Source: Acanthaster planci (taxonomy: Eukaryota). From it: a stretch of DNA of 64,000 bases. Shown one piece after another: positions 1 through 14,619 of this stretch (the first letter of the stretch is position 1; every line of letters starts with the position of its first letter). The DNA lies in NCBI RefSeq assembly GCF_001949145.1, contig NW_019091361.1, positions 2,527,825 to 2,591,824 on the forward strand, given 5' to 3'. The notes beneath the pieces are model-generated. The model saw only the letters and a list, made by a program, of their open reading frames with translations, ran no database searches and was not told the DNA's origin. The translations under genes and the position numbers were made by a program.

Positions 1-1321
1 GTCTCCCAAATGATAAACTCATCAGGCCTGCCCTGCTGAGGTCAAGCATGTTGTATGCTGTAATGTCAGTATCTCCCCTGCTGTGTCTGTTTCCTGGCTC
101 AGTGGAGATATACCAGTACATACATGGGTAAGGGGATTATGTACATGTACAGTCACCTACATGCTGGTATCTGTGCGCCTGTTAATCTGGTGTCTTGCAA
201 TTGGTTTGACCTCATTCCTCCATGGTTTGACCTTACCAGGTTAATTGTGTTGACCAAACCTTAACCACACTGCCTTCTGGGATATGCAACAGTCAACATT
301 GCTTAATTTCACAGAGATTTTCATACATGCATTTCAAAGGAATTGATGTCCTTTTCTTAAAGTTAAGGTACTGGTACATGTACAGTTGTACCGTGGTACA
401 TGTACACTATATACTCATATGTTGTACATGTAAATTGTACGTTTACATGTATAAATGTAGGGCCTACTTGTTTACACGGGTTGTACTTTAGTTCACCAAC
501 TTTCGATTTGGTTTGCCATTGTGGGATTTGACTAAATAAAATTTGAGAAAGTGAGTGCTTTGTATCCTGTAATTTTCCCGCACTTGCTGTTGGGCACTTG
601 GTACATAAAACTACAGAATAAAGAACTCATAAATCATCGCCTTGACATGTTTGTCTCTGCAGCCATTGGAAGGGAAAAAAACCCTACTAGGGTCCGAGTT
701 CATTAGCGGTAATAGCATCCATCAGCACTGAAGGCCAATAGTAAGCAAACTGTCCAAATGACCCCCGCTGCCAGATTCAAGGAGACATTCCATCAGTACT
801 TGATCCTAATCCTGTTGTCGTCGAGGGTTTCATCCGGCCACGACTCAGGTTTGCACAGTTACTGGTAAATGTCCTTGTGTAAAGGACCGATTTTTAGAAA
901 AACTGCACTGTGGCCCACATGTACATGTACAGTGTCACAATATGTGTGCTTCAGACTTGAAAGCTTTGTTACTGATGGACACATCAAACACGGAGGATGA
1001 TTTTTAATACGTTTTATTAACAACTTTAGAAATGTGAGACTATAACTTTACATGTAATTACAAATGCAAATAGGGGAGGTACTGTACATGTACTGTACAT
1101 GTATCATTAACTTCAGTTTAATGCAGAACGTGTTGGTAGTGGTCATTTGTACTGCATCAATTTCATACAAAATCAAGAAGAGGCGAGCCCCTGAAAGAAT
1201 TTACATGTCCACACATATGTAATTTTCTCTTTTTTTTCCATAAATACATGTATCATGCAAATCAATATTGAAACAACATGTACCCGTAATGGTATCTGAA
1301 GTTAAATGAAGACGGGCATCC

Positions 1322-1521
1322 GGTTCATAAGTGACTTCGTCACAAAGGCGGACGCACCGCAATTCGCAGGCTCCCATTGGACGATTGCCGAAGTTGTGCC
1401 TTAACTTCCGGTTCCATGGTTCCACATAAACGGCGATCAATGCGTGTATCGGTAACCCTATGTGCAGTGCACGTGTGCAGCGGGCGTGGTTTAAACTGAA
1501 GTGACGTCACACTTACGAACC
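1322..1521. mobile_element. MITE-like element with imperfect TIRs
   Basis: Left GGTTCATAAGTGACTTCGTCAC versus right reverse complement GGTTCGTAAGTGTGACGTCAC. Confidence 0.5.
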
Positions 1522-4500
1522 CTATTGGTTAATCACTTGCTGGGAATGGGATAGTGTCATTTCATTGGTTGAGAATTGGCCATGTGGCCAGTCTGATGTA
1601 CATGTACGTACATACCGGTACATGTACTTGTTACACGTTTCGGCCTCATAATTCAGTGCACAATATGCTTGTTTAGAGACTGTAGCATATCACAGTAGCT
1701 GACAATCTTCAACTGTCAACACATCAAATAACATGCATGCAAGGTTTCCTTTGATCGCCTAATGCCCTCATATTTTTACCAGTACAGTACATGTAATTGT
1801 ACTTCCCATGCACCGGTACAGTTGAACATTGTATGTCACAAGAAGTTGCAGACCACTGCACAACATGGAGTTACCTCCTTTTTTTTCTGACTTCCCAGTT
1901 GTGTGCTCTGTGTAAAGTATCCCTGATTCCTGTTTACTCTGGGGTTTGAAAGTGGTTAACAGTTTCCCCGAAAACTTGTTAAAGCAGTTGCCTGAGGTGT
2001 CCCCTTACATCATGGGGGATTGACCTTGCACCCACAGGTACAGTCAAGGTGACTTTTTTCACCCGCCTCCCTTGCTGCTGTGATTTATGGAAGATTTACA
2101 CCGCAAGCATGCGGTGGGACCGCCATATACTCGCCATCCAGTTTGTGAAGCCCGGGGTGTTAAACTTTGGCCCCATTCCAAGACATTTCAGTTTCTGTTT
2201 GGAGCAAAGTTTCTGTTCGGAGTGTATCAGAGCACAGCTCTGGTGAGGCTTCTTACATACAGTTCAAAGAACCAGGTCCACAGAGAGCCAAATAAACCGC
2301 ATGGGACCTCAGAACAGTTCAGTGGCTGCAAAGTCTGAAGGCAACTTGCCAAAATATGTATGACTCATGGATAAATGAAGAAAAGCCATAATTTGATTAT
2401 GGGCGTGATAGCATGTCACCTGCCTTGTTATTTTGTCACAGATGTGTTTGTAATGAAAGGGAAGGATACATTGAGTAAGTACAGTTTGAATAAAATCCAG
2501 GTTTATGACCTACCAGTAGTTTTGATAAGTACAGTGGTGGACCAGTGTGCCTTCAAAATTTATATGTAACCATCTGATTTCATGTTACATTTTATGACAC
2601 TGCAGTCATGTCAATTGTCTATTATTGTGTGATACTGTGAGGGCCAGGTGAGCCCAATTCACTAATTGTAGATAAAAATTGGCCATAAAATGGCCAGTGT
2701 AGTGTACAGAGTACATGCTCGTTGCATAAAGAATGATCACTGAATTGTGCAGGCCCACACTCATGACACTCTAGAAGTCTTTGGAGATTCCAGCTTGGAA
2801 TTAACCACATGTTGAAGTAGCCAGAGTAGCGATTTATTGATGAGGAAGGTTTGCTCTTTAGAAGTGCCCCTTGTGTGAGGCACATGTTTGCATTTAATAA
2901 TAGGGCATTAACAAACAGGGCATGTTTTACAGGGCATTACAACTGCACAGTAACTGCCAACACTTGTAGGGGGGGGAAAGGAATGACCTCTGTTATTGTG
3001 GGCTGTTCAGCTCACCCTCCTTTGTCTGGCTATGATTTAAGTGAGCGTCCCTGTGGGCCACAATGGTAAGGCAGCTTACCCCTTGAATGGAGTGTGAGTG
3101 GAAGCAAATGAAGTGTGCTAGAACCCCTCCACAGAATCCAGCAATCCACCTTTTCAGATTGTGAAAACAACCATAAAAGTAAGCCCAATTCGTTTTCTCC
3201 CTCTGTGGCTGATTGCCCTGTGATACAACATTACGCAGTCAGGCTTTTGTGTGGTTTGGGGGGCACCCTGGTGCTGTCAACCCCCCCTTCACCTCCACCT
3301 CCTGAAGCAGCTACTCCTTGTATGCTTGGTGTGAGTATTGTCATGATAAGTAGGTGTTGTCACACCTGACTGGTCTGTTACCTGATAGCGATGTGTGTTT
3401 TCAACTTATCTGCCTTGTGGTTGTTGATATGGAGCCTGTGGCTTTGTCATGATACTTGTAGCACCTGCTGTTAGGATTGTTTGATGATGATGTTTGAGTG
3501 TTGCAGGGTTCTACATTGTACATGTGCCTGTAAGTAGCACTGTTCTTTATGTAATTGAGTGTTCACCATTACATTGGCACTTTAACTTCCTCTTAGGCAG
3601 GAGTGTTGACAGTGAACTTAAGTGTTGGCACGGATACATGTACATGTAATGATCAGTGTCGGGCTTTTCTTCCTTTTTAAAGAAGAAATTAGGCTTATCA
3701 CTGATAAATAACTGTAAACAGGTCATGCCGTTTAGCGTCAACAAAGCGTTAACAAGTTATTCAAGCATATTTATGCAAAAATTATATATTAAGATATTTA
3801 TAAGGCTCCTACCCGTACATGCATGTATATCATATTCGGTGTATCTCATTATTGAAAATTATATTTGAGTGTGGAAATTGGAGAGACAAATTTGGGCCTG
3901 CTCGTGCAGCCTGACCGGCCACCATCCTGTTTTGGCCTGGATGGCAGAGAAAAGAAAGATGGCGACCTCCCACTCATCACGAAGAATTTTTGTTTTCCCA
4001 CGAGAATCTGGAAGCAAATTCGCTGTTTCACTTAGGCCTATACAGTGACAGATGTTAGAATCTGTAAAATACTCATATGATAAATTTGATAAAACTACTT
4101 CTAAATCTTTAGAGAATATTTTCAAGGAATTGACGCTTTGTCAATGCTACACTTGTGTGTATTGACACTTGTTGATGCTAAATAATGCGACTGCTGTGCA
4201 CTGTCATATTCTTTTCCTTCAAGTGCATCTAGTACTTGTTTTAACATACCAGTACAGTGTGGTAACATACACGTACATGTGAAAGGATGTATAAATGAAG
4301 AGTGCGTGTGTGATCCTGTACATATGTACCGGTACATGTACAAGTGTTAACAGATGTACATGTACATGTATGGTACTGTATTGTGCATAAGTGTGTGCAT
4401 ACATGTAGGTACCGGTTCAGTACTGATGGTGTAACTGTGCAAGATTCTACTGCATCCACGATACTACTATTTCATCAAACTGTCGATACATGTATGTAAA

Positions 4501-6896
4501 CAGTGCATTTATAAACACTTGCAGAGGCCCCATGATGTATTTATGAACAAGAGTTTATCCAATAATTTTTGTTTCAATTACAGAGTGATGCAGTGTGTAA
4601 TTTTCCTGTTCAATAAACGAAGACAACAGACATTTAGAAAGTGAAAGATTGTTAAATTTACCCCCCCCCCCGTAACTCAAAAATAACTAGTTGTACTGGT
4701 ACTGTAGTCACCAATTTTGTGCAAGGTGCTTGGCAGAAACCAGCGTGATACTTTAAGTACCCAGCACATGTATGAGAGGGCAACTCACCTCTCAGTGTGA
4801 AGCATGCTGTGTGCTTACATACATGTACATGTACTGTACACCTGTATACTGGTACCGTCCACTCAGGACACCATCACAGCAAGTCAAGCAGACGCCATGC
4901 CAGTCTGGGCATGGCGGGTGATTACGCCTTGCTCAATTTGGCCGGCAAGCATTTGTAATTAAATAAAGCAGTGTGGAGTCCCTTGGTGAGAAACTGTTGG
5001 GGAGATTTAATTGTATTGATTGGAGCTGTGTGGGTAATTGTACTGGTACTGATCGCTTGGTATTTTACATCGTGTAGATTTTTCAATAAAGGCTAAGAGT
5101 GCGTTTGGCTAATTACCGGTATGTGTGCATGTGGAAAGTGGTCAGTGGAACTGTTGAATGGAAAATGAGAACATAAGAACATTAAAACCAAAATTATAGC
5201 CCACAGATGACAGCTACCGGGTCCTTCAATAATATTGATTTTAAAGCCTGCTTCATGAATAATTCTGTGGGAGCAGGGGAACACACAAACAAACACTTGG
5301 CATTAGAGATGTTAAAATATACACAAGTGTAGATTTGACACCTTAATAAATGATTTGTCTTTTGTTTTGGGAATTACCGAGGGCTTGAAATACCTACCAG
5401 TACTGGACCCAAGCCTCTGGGTTTACTGTCATTCTTTTAGATGAGTTGATGCTAGCACAAGCCTGGCAGTCTATTTTTCTTCTTTCAATTCAAGTATCAC
5501 AGAATTTTCATTAGAAAGACATTGTGTGAGCCTAATTTTTTTTTAGATAAGGGTCCTTTCATATACATGTAGATATGCATTACAGAACTTTGAAGACCGG
5601 TACCATAGGGTAGGGTAGGGCACCAAATCACTTTTGGCTCTGTCATAACTGTGTTATATACTCTTCTCACATGTTTTGGTCTAGTAAATCCTGTGAGGTA
5701 CTGTTGTTGTTTTTTTTTTTTGGGGGGGGATGTTTTTATTCAGTTTTTTGGTGACATTTGACCCCTGCATTGCCTGTGTAATGTGTTCAGTCACAACTGT
5801 GCATGTATGTACATGTGCAGTTTTGTGGGAATTCTTGCTGGGGACTGTTTTCCAAACAAACATTAAAATTATTAATAATCAACAATGAAATAAATTTTAA
5901 AGCCCAAATATTTTTGGAAAGACTGTGATCTACTGATGTGCATTTGGTAAACATGTACACCATGTACCTATATACATGTACATGTACAGTGTACATGTAT
6001 GTACATGTACTAATTGTGTTGTAGCACTATGCATGTTAAAATTAAGAGTTGATAGCAGATAAGGTTTTAAGTCCACATGACCTGTGCTTTTGAAAAGTCA
6101 ATTGGACTGAATGAATCCAGTTGCCTGGTGGGTGACATGAACCCCGTGGTTGATGAGTGCTGACGTGGTACCACTACTGTAGACACGACTAAGAGAAATA
6201 ACATTGGCTTCCATCTCAAGGGATGAGTCATATTCCTGAAGAATCTTCACTGCTCGCACTCTATCTCTGTCTCTCTCTCCTTCCATGTACACTGTCATTT
6301 TTCAGCAGCGGCATCTCCCTGAGACAATCTTACCGCGCCATTCCACCCTAGCTGTCTCTCTCTCTCTGTGCACCGTCACCTACATGTACATGTACAGTGC
6401 TCCATGCTCACTCCATCGGGCCGTGACCGAGGTGTGATTTTCACCTGTGCTGTCCTGCATGCATAATGCGACAGTGATACCTCTTACCGGTAGTACCTTG
6501 GCCCCCCTTATACATGTACATGTACTCCCTCTCCTCTGGGACTGTCATGACAGAGATGCAATTTTGTCTTGTCGGCATTTCAGTGTTCAATTAAACCGGT
6601 CATTTTAGGATGTGTACATTTTATACCACCAGCATGCATAAATGAAAGAAAAATGCTGTTAAAGTTGGTAAGCAAGTTACGAATGAAATTACTCATATAC
6701 TGCGTACATGTATATACTAATACTATATACTAATATTATGTACATGCATACCTACATGTACCGGTACATGTACCCGGTTATTACACTGCATGACCGACAG
6801 CTTCCAGTATTATTCAATTTTTATGTGCATCTTCAAGGTGCTTTTCTGTTTTGAACTTTTCTTCCAGTAGGAGCTTACATCTTACATGTGAGGCGT

Positions 6897-6945
6897 TGTT
6901 TGTTTGTTTGTTTGTTTGTTTGTTTGTTTGTTTGTTTGTTTGTTT
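6897..6945. repeat. (TTTG)n microsatellite
   Basis: About 12 consecutive TTTG units. Confidence 0.95.
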
Positions 6946-7595
6946 TGTACATGTACATGTACTTTTGTCTACCTTCAGTGTGAATGTGCATACATGAACA
7001 GTGTTCCTGTGAGTCAAGCGTCGTGAATTCAAACACATGTAGTTTTTCGAATTACAGGAAAATTAAGAAGAGATTTTTTTCTTTTATTTCACCGTTGCCA
7101 GGTGTGAAATGTACAGTACATGTGCACAAATTTACAGTACATACATGTACATATTACATACCGGTACATGTGCTTGTATGTACTGGTACCAGACTATCAT
7201 CAGTTTCAGTTAGGAATCCTGTAAAATACAAATCATTGCTTTTTCCTTTAAAAAAGTGATGAGATTGTCTCAAAAATTTCACTTCAGCTGATTTGTATGT
7301 ACCATGCAGTACCTTCATTGTAAAGAACCGAACACGTAACACATACCGCTAAACGGAGCTCTGAATGGATGGAATGCCAAAATGAACGTGCAAAATACCA
7401 ATACCTCAACCTCAGTCTGCACTTCCATATATGTACTTGTGCACCCGGATCTTTCTTTTAACTACTGTCCATTATGGACCATGCTTTAGCCAGGTACAGT
7501 ACAGCCACTGTAGACTACCGGTAGTCTGCTACATGTAAGTATAGGTATAGATGAAATATGGAGTGTGGTAGGAATTCGGTCGGAAATAAAATTTA

Positions 7596-7714
7596 GGCTG
7601 CATCCGAATCTCTTGTCTGGAGCTAGGTCTAGGTATTTGCTCCGTTGGAGATTCGTGGAGACGCGCAGACAATAGACCTAGCCGTAGCTCTGGAAGCCCG
7701 TTTCGGACACAGCC
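7596..7714. mobile_element. PIF/Harbinger (Tourist)-like MITE, 119 bp
   Basis: TTA direct repeats at 7593-7595 and 7715-7717; TIRs GGCTGCATCCGAA / TTCGGACACAGCC (11/13); internal inverted ctaggtcta / tagacctag. Confidence 0.72.
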
Positions 7715-10700
7715 TTAACATCATGGCCCGTGTAGCAGGGATTTTGATAATGGTAATGTTCTAAGGATTTTGCAAAAAAAGGATACGGTAACATACGTAT
7801 GCCATGAAATAACACAAAACAAATTTGGGATGGGTTTAAATGATTTTGCCAGTTTTGGGTATCGTTGATTGATTGGGAATGGTGGAAAAGAAATGGGTCG
7901 ATATACTGGTATATACGAGTACATATGGTGTATGGGATCTGTGCATCCCTGAGTCAGGTTTTAAAGCCTTTCTTGTTTTGGTATTGATTCTTCATATTTT
8001 TTTTATTTACACAATGTTTTAAAACTTGTGCAGGGCTTCATCCCCCATCAGCAAATTCTACAAATGGCTCTGAAAGCAGTACGTGTGAAAAAAAATTTGT
8101 TTGTGGGGTACGTGTTGTACATGTACTGTATAATGAAAAAAATGTAGAAATTAATGTACATGTAACTTAAACAAGCGCTCCTTAAAAATTAATGCACCTG
8201 CAGAGTACACCCCCCCCATTTTTTTTCATTTCATTTATCAGCTCCGGTAAATACTACATGTAAAGAGCCCATTCCTAATCTGTAAGTGCTTCCCCAGTAA
8301 GTATGCAGTAAGGAACATGTCATTTATGTGCATGTTTTTCAACAGGTTGGTTCAATGATCCTCCGAGTGGTTTTCATGTATCCATTATAAAGGACACATC
8401 ATAGGGCGGAAATTGAACAATTGAAGCTGTCACATTGCATACGTTGCGTGACTGTGTACACACAGTAGGTACCGTACGACGCCGTTACCCAGAATGCACC
8501 GAGGTCAGAAGGTCAGACAAGACATGTGCAATGTGTGCGTGCCCAAACAACCGACGACGCACCCTGTGTACTTAGTAAACCTGCCCGGTATTGATCCCAG
8601 TCCTGTCTGGAAAGACGCACAGGTCACTGATAGTTTTTGCCACATCCTGAATTAGGAAGTAAATAAAAGACTGCACTTACTGTCCGTGTATATATATCAT
8701 GCATGTATGTAGTATACATGTGTGCACATATGGCACATGCACATGTACATGTATGCACCTGTTATGCGGGAACAAATTTCTGCCTGATGAAAGTGAAAGT
8801 GTTTACTTTTGTTTGCAGGACATAAAGCATATTCATCTAGAAAAACTTATCATGAAATGTTCAGAAAATGTTTAAAAGATTTACTCTTGTGTACGGTATA
8901 CATAAACATGTTATTTGGTTACCAATGTACTAGTATTGGTAAGACCAGTGGAAAATGCTGGTAAAATTTATCATCCTTGATTTTTCAATTTCAGACCTGT
9001 ATATGTACTGACAGTGGCAATAGGGATGATGAATCCTGTATTTTATGGGGGGCCATAAATTTTCTTGGGATTTGCTTCTGTGTTTTTTTGAATAGCATCG
9101 TTTGTCCTTGTGTGTGCACTTGGTGGTTTACCCAGTGCATTTGTTCCACCTACAGCACATGTTGCAGGAAAGCTCTGATCCTTATTATTGACTGACTCAG
9201 CTTCCTAGAAATGCTTTTTCAAAGATTTTTTTTCCATTTTGCCCGCCATGCAGTCAACTTGTTCGTGTATGTTGAATGACAAGTTTGGAGAGCAGTGCTT
9301 TTGGCTTGGGCAGATGCGTGGACATGCACCTGTATGCTTGTGTGTCTCTGTCAAATATGAGCTGACATGCACGCAATTCCCATCTTTGTGGTACCCACTC
9401 CAGAGTGCAGATTTAATCATCCAAATGGCCGTGTAACATATACATATATGTTACTGTCAGACATCAGTAATCCATTGCTAAAAGTACCAGTGGTACCAAT
9501 AAGTGCAGTGAACTTACTTTTTTCACAAGATGCGCATCGAAAGCAGACGCCAGGTTTCCACTGATGAACTGAACAGAAATTGTGCGTAGAGTGTAGATTC
9601 CCAGTACGATATGTGACAAAGGGCCCCCCCTCCCATTTGATACATAAACCATTTACATGTATACCCAAGGCTATGGGACATGTATCTACAGCATCCCCTG
9701 AAAATCTGAACGGAATTCCCAAGACTCTTACAACACAGAAGACGACTTACAAGGGGGAGGGAGGTCAACTTTACGTCAGGTACCGGGTATGTAATGAAGT
9801 GAACTTCTTGAAAATTGCATTGTCTCATACTTGTCGTAACGATACTTAGCAAATATCAAATTTTGAAAAGGCACAGAAAAGACCAGGGTTGTACATGTAC
9901 TGTACGGTGCATGTTTGCAGTTGTTTTTGTAGACGAAACTAAAGCAACACTGATGGAAGTTGTAGAGAACATAAAAAACATGGTGAGATTAAGATAAAAA
10001 CTGGAGTTTCAGGAAGTGGGTTTGGAAACTTGAGGTTGAGATCCGTACCCAAAATAGATTTTGTTTTCACACGTGTCATGTACCAGTACATGTACCAGTA
10101 TATATACGCTGCACATGTATGGTCAATGCATACATGTACATGTAGATACCGGTAATGTACATGTAGGCACAAGCCACCTACTGAAATTGTCCGTATCAAG
10201 TTACCGACTTAATCAAATTCAAGCAGGAGCAGCGGCAGAAATTAAACTTGAATTTGCATTCATGCTCATGTGAGTAGTCATCAGATCTTCAGACTAATCC
10301 TGGTGCTGTTGTACAAAGTTCAAGTTGAATGATTTCCTGAAGTATTGTTCATTAGTTGTTCATAGGTCAAGTTGTAATATTATCCTGCACAATGTGTGCA
10401 ATAACAGGAATGTGTACCTATGAAAAATGCAGCTGCGTGTATTTTGTGGGGTGTGTGAGTGCGTATGGACTACAGGATTACGTTAATCTGGTTTTGGTTT
10501 TGTGCACTTGTCTAAAGACAAAAATGTGTGGAAAAAAAGATGAGCTATTTTCTCGCCACATCCGTGAAACGTATGACAACAATCATTTACATGTACCTGC
10601 GGTCAGTTCTTCTCCATTTTTGTTGGCTGAAAATTTCAAAAAAAGTTTACTTCAAAATTTTTTTTTCCTCTTGAAAATGTTGTGCCGGCCGAGGTGTACC

Positions 10701-13700
10701 ATGCCGTCACTTGGTGTAGTGGCGAGCACATGTACAATAGTAACTGTTGATCCATGAACAGCTTACCAGTACATGCATCAGATGAATTTAAATGATTACT
10801 TATTTGAACCACAGGGGTATGTAAACAGATTTTTTTTAATAACCTTCACAACTGGTATCCAGTTGACAGCAATGGTGGACACCCCTTCTCTAAATCTTGG
10901 CCCTGGGCAGAATTCTCTGATCTAAAAAACCACAAAACCAGTACAAGAATTCAAACACAGACCTTGACTTGTACATGAGGCTCACTGACCGCGATATTTA
11001 TAGTATTGTGCCTGGGTATAAATACGTGTGCATGCAAGAAAATTTGGGGTGCCCACTTAGCATACTATCAATACGATTGAATGGGCACAATGGAGTGGTG
11101 GTTCACACCAAATGACTGCATTGATTTTGCCAGGAGTTGACACTGCCTAATGGGGCAACAAGCAGTGCCCATGCCTGGCTGGGCATAATGCTGATGAAAT
11201 CAATACATACATACATTGTACAACTCAACAAAGAAATGACCCTGGACAGATGGCTTGTTGGGATGCTCCGACTACTCTAGTCTTAACGCAGTTCACACCA
11301 ATTTCTTATTGTTTAAATTTGCACGCTGTCTTTGTACACCTACATGTACCGGTAAGTATTACATTGAGTAGGCATTCACTGCGTTCAGGGGACAAGTTCT
11401 TTTGTTAGAGAAATTTGAACCAAGTTGTTGGGACATTTCTGACTCCCCACAATGATTTCGGTCCACACAAAATAAACAAAATGTCGAGTATATGTCCCCA
11501 CAACTACAGTACGGTAGTGTGTGTACTTGTTTTTACGGTACCTCCTCCATTACTAGGGATACATGTATATAGATTTATATAATAACAGTAGAACGGTTAA
11601 TTTTTGTTTCCTGTGCAAATGCCATGTATCCTGGCTATAATAAATGACACATGGAGAGCTCACGAAATGTGTGGTATTTACACAGTTGAACTTGAACAAA
11701 TAGGCCTACTCTACATGTGATATTTTTCTGCCCATGTACATGTACAGTACCAGTAGACTTCTTGAGTGTCTTTCCAATTACATTTTACTAAAGTGTAATG
11801 TGGTTTTCAAACAAGAAAAGATATTGACGGAAACAAATTTTTACTACACTATAGGTGTACATCTCGAGAGGTTACCAAGATTGTGTCTTGAGCTTTATCC
11901 ACAGAATTTAAATGCCATAAATTACTGCGTGCCTGTACGTTACATTATAGGCTACTATAAAAACATGAACCTGCCTTGCATATCATTTTCAGCAATATAC
12001 ATGTATATGTACATGTACATATATGGTATGAGCATATGTAATGTGCATGTATGTCAGGTGTTGAAATTATATTTAATGCACCTATATGTACATGTGTCAT
12101 ATCACATCATACATGTAGTTTGTATTCTTTTGTTCATTCACGTGTGCAAATTGACTCTGCAAAATACATGTACACGTACCGGTACTTGCTAGACTAAATT
12201 TTTTACTGTTTACCCAAGAGTGAATCCAAAATGCAGAGATTTTCTTTTTGTGTGTGTGTGTGTTTTTGGCGTCGCTAAGAAATTGGGCAGGAGGGGCTTG
12301 TGGGAATAAATTTTAAGCAGCACTGACGGTGCACCTGCAGTTGGGGTGGGTCGGTTGGATATTATTAGCAATTACTACTGTCACATGTCGGTTCACGCTT
12401 GCCCGAGCCCACACAAATGAATCCGGAAATGTGCCAGGGAGCAGGGGCCCCATTTGATAAGATACGCATTTGACTGCTTCGGTGCGAGTGGCAATATCGG
12501 GGTCAATCCCTTGCGTGAGCAAGTTGCCGGGTGCCGAGCGTGCCATAAATTACTTGGCAGTGTCTGGCCATTGTTGCCCCTGTGTTGGCTTTGTTCATGA
12601 CTGTGAAAATTGTTTGTGAGGAGGGTTGCTCTTCAAGAAGATTGTGGCTTTGTTTGGACAGCATTGGACACTGTAAAATTGTCCTACCAGTGTGTGTGTG
12701 GTAAATCATACATGTATTTTAACATGTACCATCAACATGTACACTTGAACACTTAATGCGCAGAGACGCTCAAATTTGCACATTCGATTCAACATTCACC
12801 TTAGACTACAGCCAGTGAACCTCTTACATGTACATTTACATGTACAGTACATGTACATCGTGCTGCTCACAGGGGCAGTTTCAGATCAGAGACATGGACA
12901 TGCATGCGTGTACATGTATTACATGGATGCATTGCGGATTACTGTACTTGATTGTGGTTTACACACAAGCACCTGTACAATGTACATGTACCTATTGCTG
13001 GGAGATATTCACTGAATTGAACAAACACACCCGAACATTATTTATGTGAAAAATGTAATGGATATGTCATGGGCACTGGATGTACACAGAACTACATGTA
13101 CAGTGTACTGGTACCCGTGCTGTTTACCAAAATTTCTGTATCAGTAAGCATTCAAGTGCTGTTAAATTTGATGACCAGATGTACTTGTACAGGCATGTAC
13201 ATGATACAAGTACCTGTATTTTGGGCATTCACACTCACATACGTACTGGTACCCGGTATGTACCGGTGTGGTGGTCTCAGCTGTCTCCCGGTATTGGTAC
13301 ACTGTACAGGACATGTTACGTTGTCATTGTACATGTTACATTGTAAGGTACATTGTACATGTATAACCCAGTGTTTATTCTTCTGTGTGCTCCGAAATGG
13401 ATTTTGTCCTACAGTAATTGATTGGGTTTTTTTGGGGGGGGGTTTCTTTTGTCATTTTCTCATTTTCAAAGTTTACATTGAAGTTGCAGTAGTTTCTTGA
13501 TGCACCATAACATCATGGCACCCTAAGCACTGTCAGAACAAACAATTTGATAATGGGTTTGAAAAAAGTCGGCTGAAGAGCGTCTTTTTAGGGAGATATC
13601 AGAAGTTTTTTACAGTAAATTAAACAGCTGTCGAGAAAATTAATCCTGCAGTGTGGAGCTTTACAATTTGGGAAGTGCTTGCATGTTAACAGTGGTTTTG

Positions 13701-14553
13701 CTGGGGTTTTTTTTTTGGGGGGGGGAGAAAGGTAATTTTCTTCTGTGAGCATATGTGACACTCAGTCAAGTGTTGCACTCACATCACTCTCTGGTAATTA
13801 CAGTAGCTTTAACATTTTATGTCCAGCCAGCCTGCGACCCCGCGACGTGTGAATAAACTTGGGGTTGAATTTACCCTCATTAGTCATCAATCAAACACTG
13901 GCAGGGACAGAAAGGAGTTGTGGCTGACGTCCTCCCTCCTCATTTTGCAGGCTATAGGCTTGACTTGCTTAAGCTAGCCTGCTCAACACGGGATAAACCG
14001 ATAAACATGCATATACCACCATCTGCGCTGCCTATGTGTACTTTACAGACAACCTTGACTTTGTAGTCTGAGGTCTTTTGTCTAGAATGTTGTCAAAAAC
14101 AAATAGTGCGGTGTATCGAATGATGATAATTTATTGAGTTTTAGCTGTGCATGTGTAGACGAGGCATTTCCGGTTCTCTAGATAATGTGAAATCTTTGCT
14201 TTGCTACATGAAGACTGTGTGTCATACAGGTACGGGGGTGAGATTTCTCAGCTTTTTAGCTGATTTCAGCTTTTTTGGGTTTGGGATTTCAATTTTTTTT
14301 TCTTCACTGGCTGTGTTCAAAAGTATACAGGTACGAGAGATTGTCACAGTTCAGCTTGTTTATGCCTCTTTTCAGCTGTTTTCAGATATTTTTATTATTG
14401 AGCCTGAGGGTACTTGTATACTTAATTGCAAGTGAATGGCCTCATTAGAGATTACATGGATATTTAAGACAAGCATCAGTGACTACTAAGCCCATTTTCA
14501 GATGTGCTTACAGCCACCAACACAAATAACGGTATGAAATGTACTTCTTTATA

Positions 14554-14619
14554 ATGTACATGTGCATGTACATGTACATGTGCATGTACATGTACATTCA
14601 CATGTACATGTACATGTGC
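14554..14619. repeat. (TACATG/TGCATG)n simple repeat, the longest of many dispersed copies
   Basis: atgtacatgtgcatgtacatgtacatgtgcatgtacatgtacattcacatgtacatgtacatgtgc. Confidence 0.9.
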
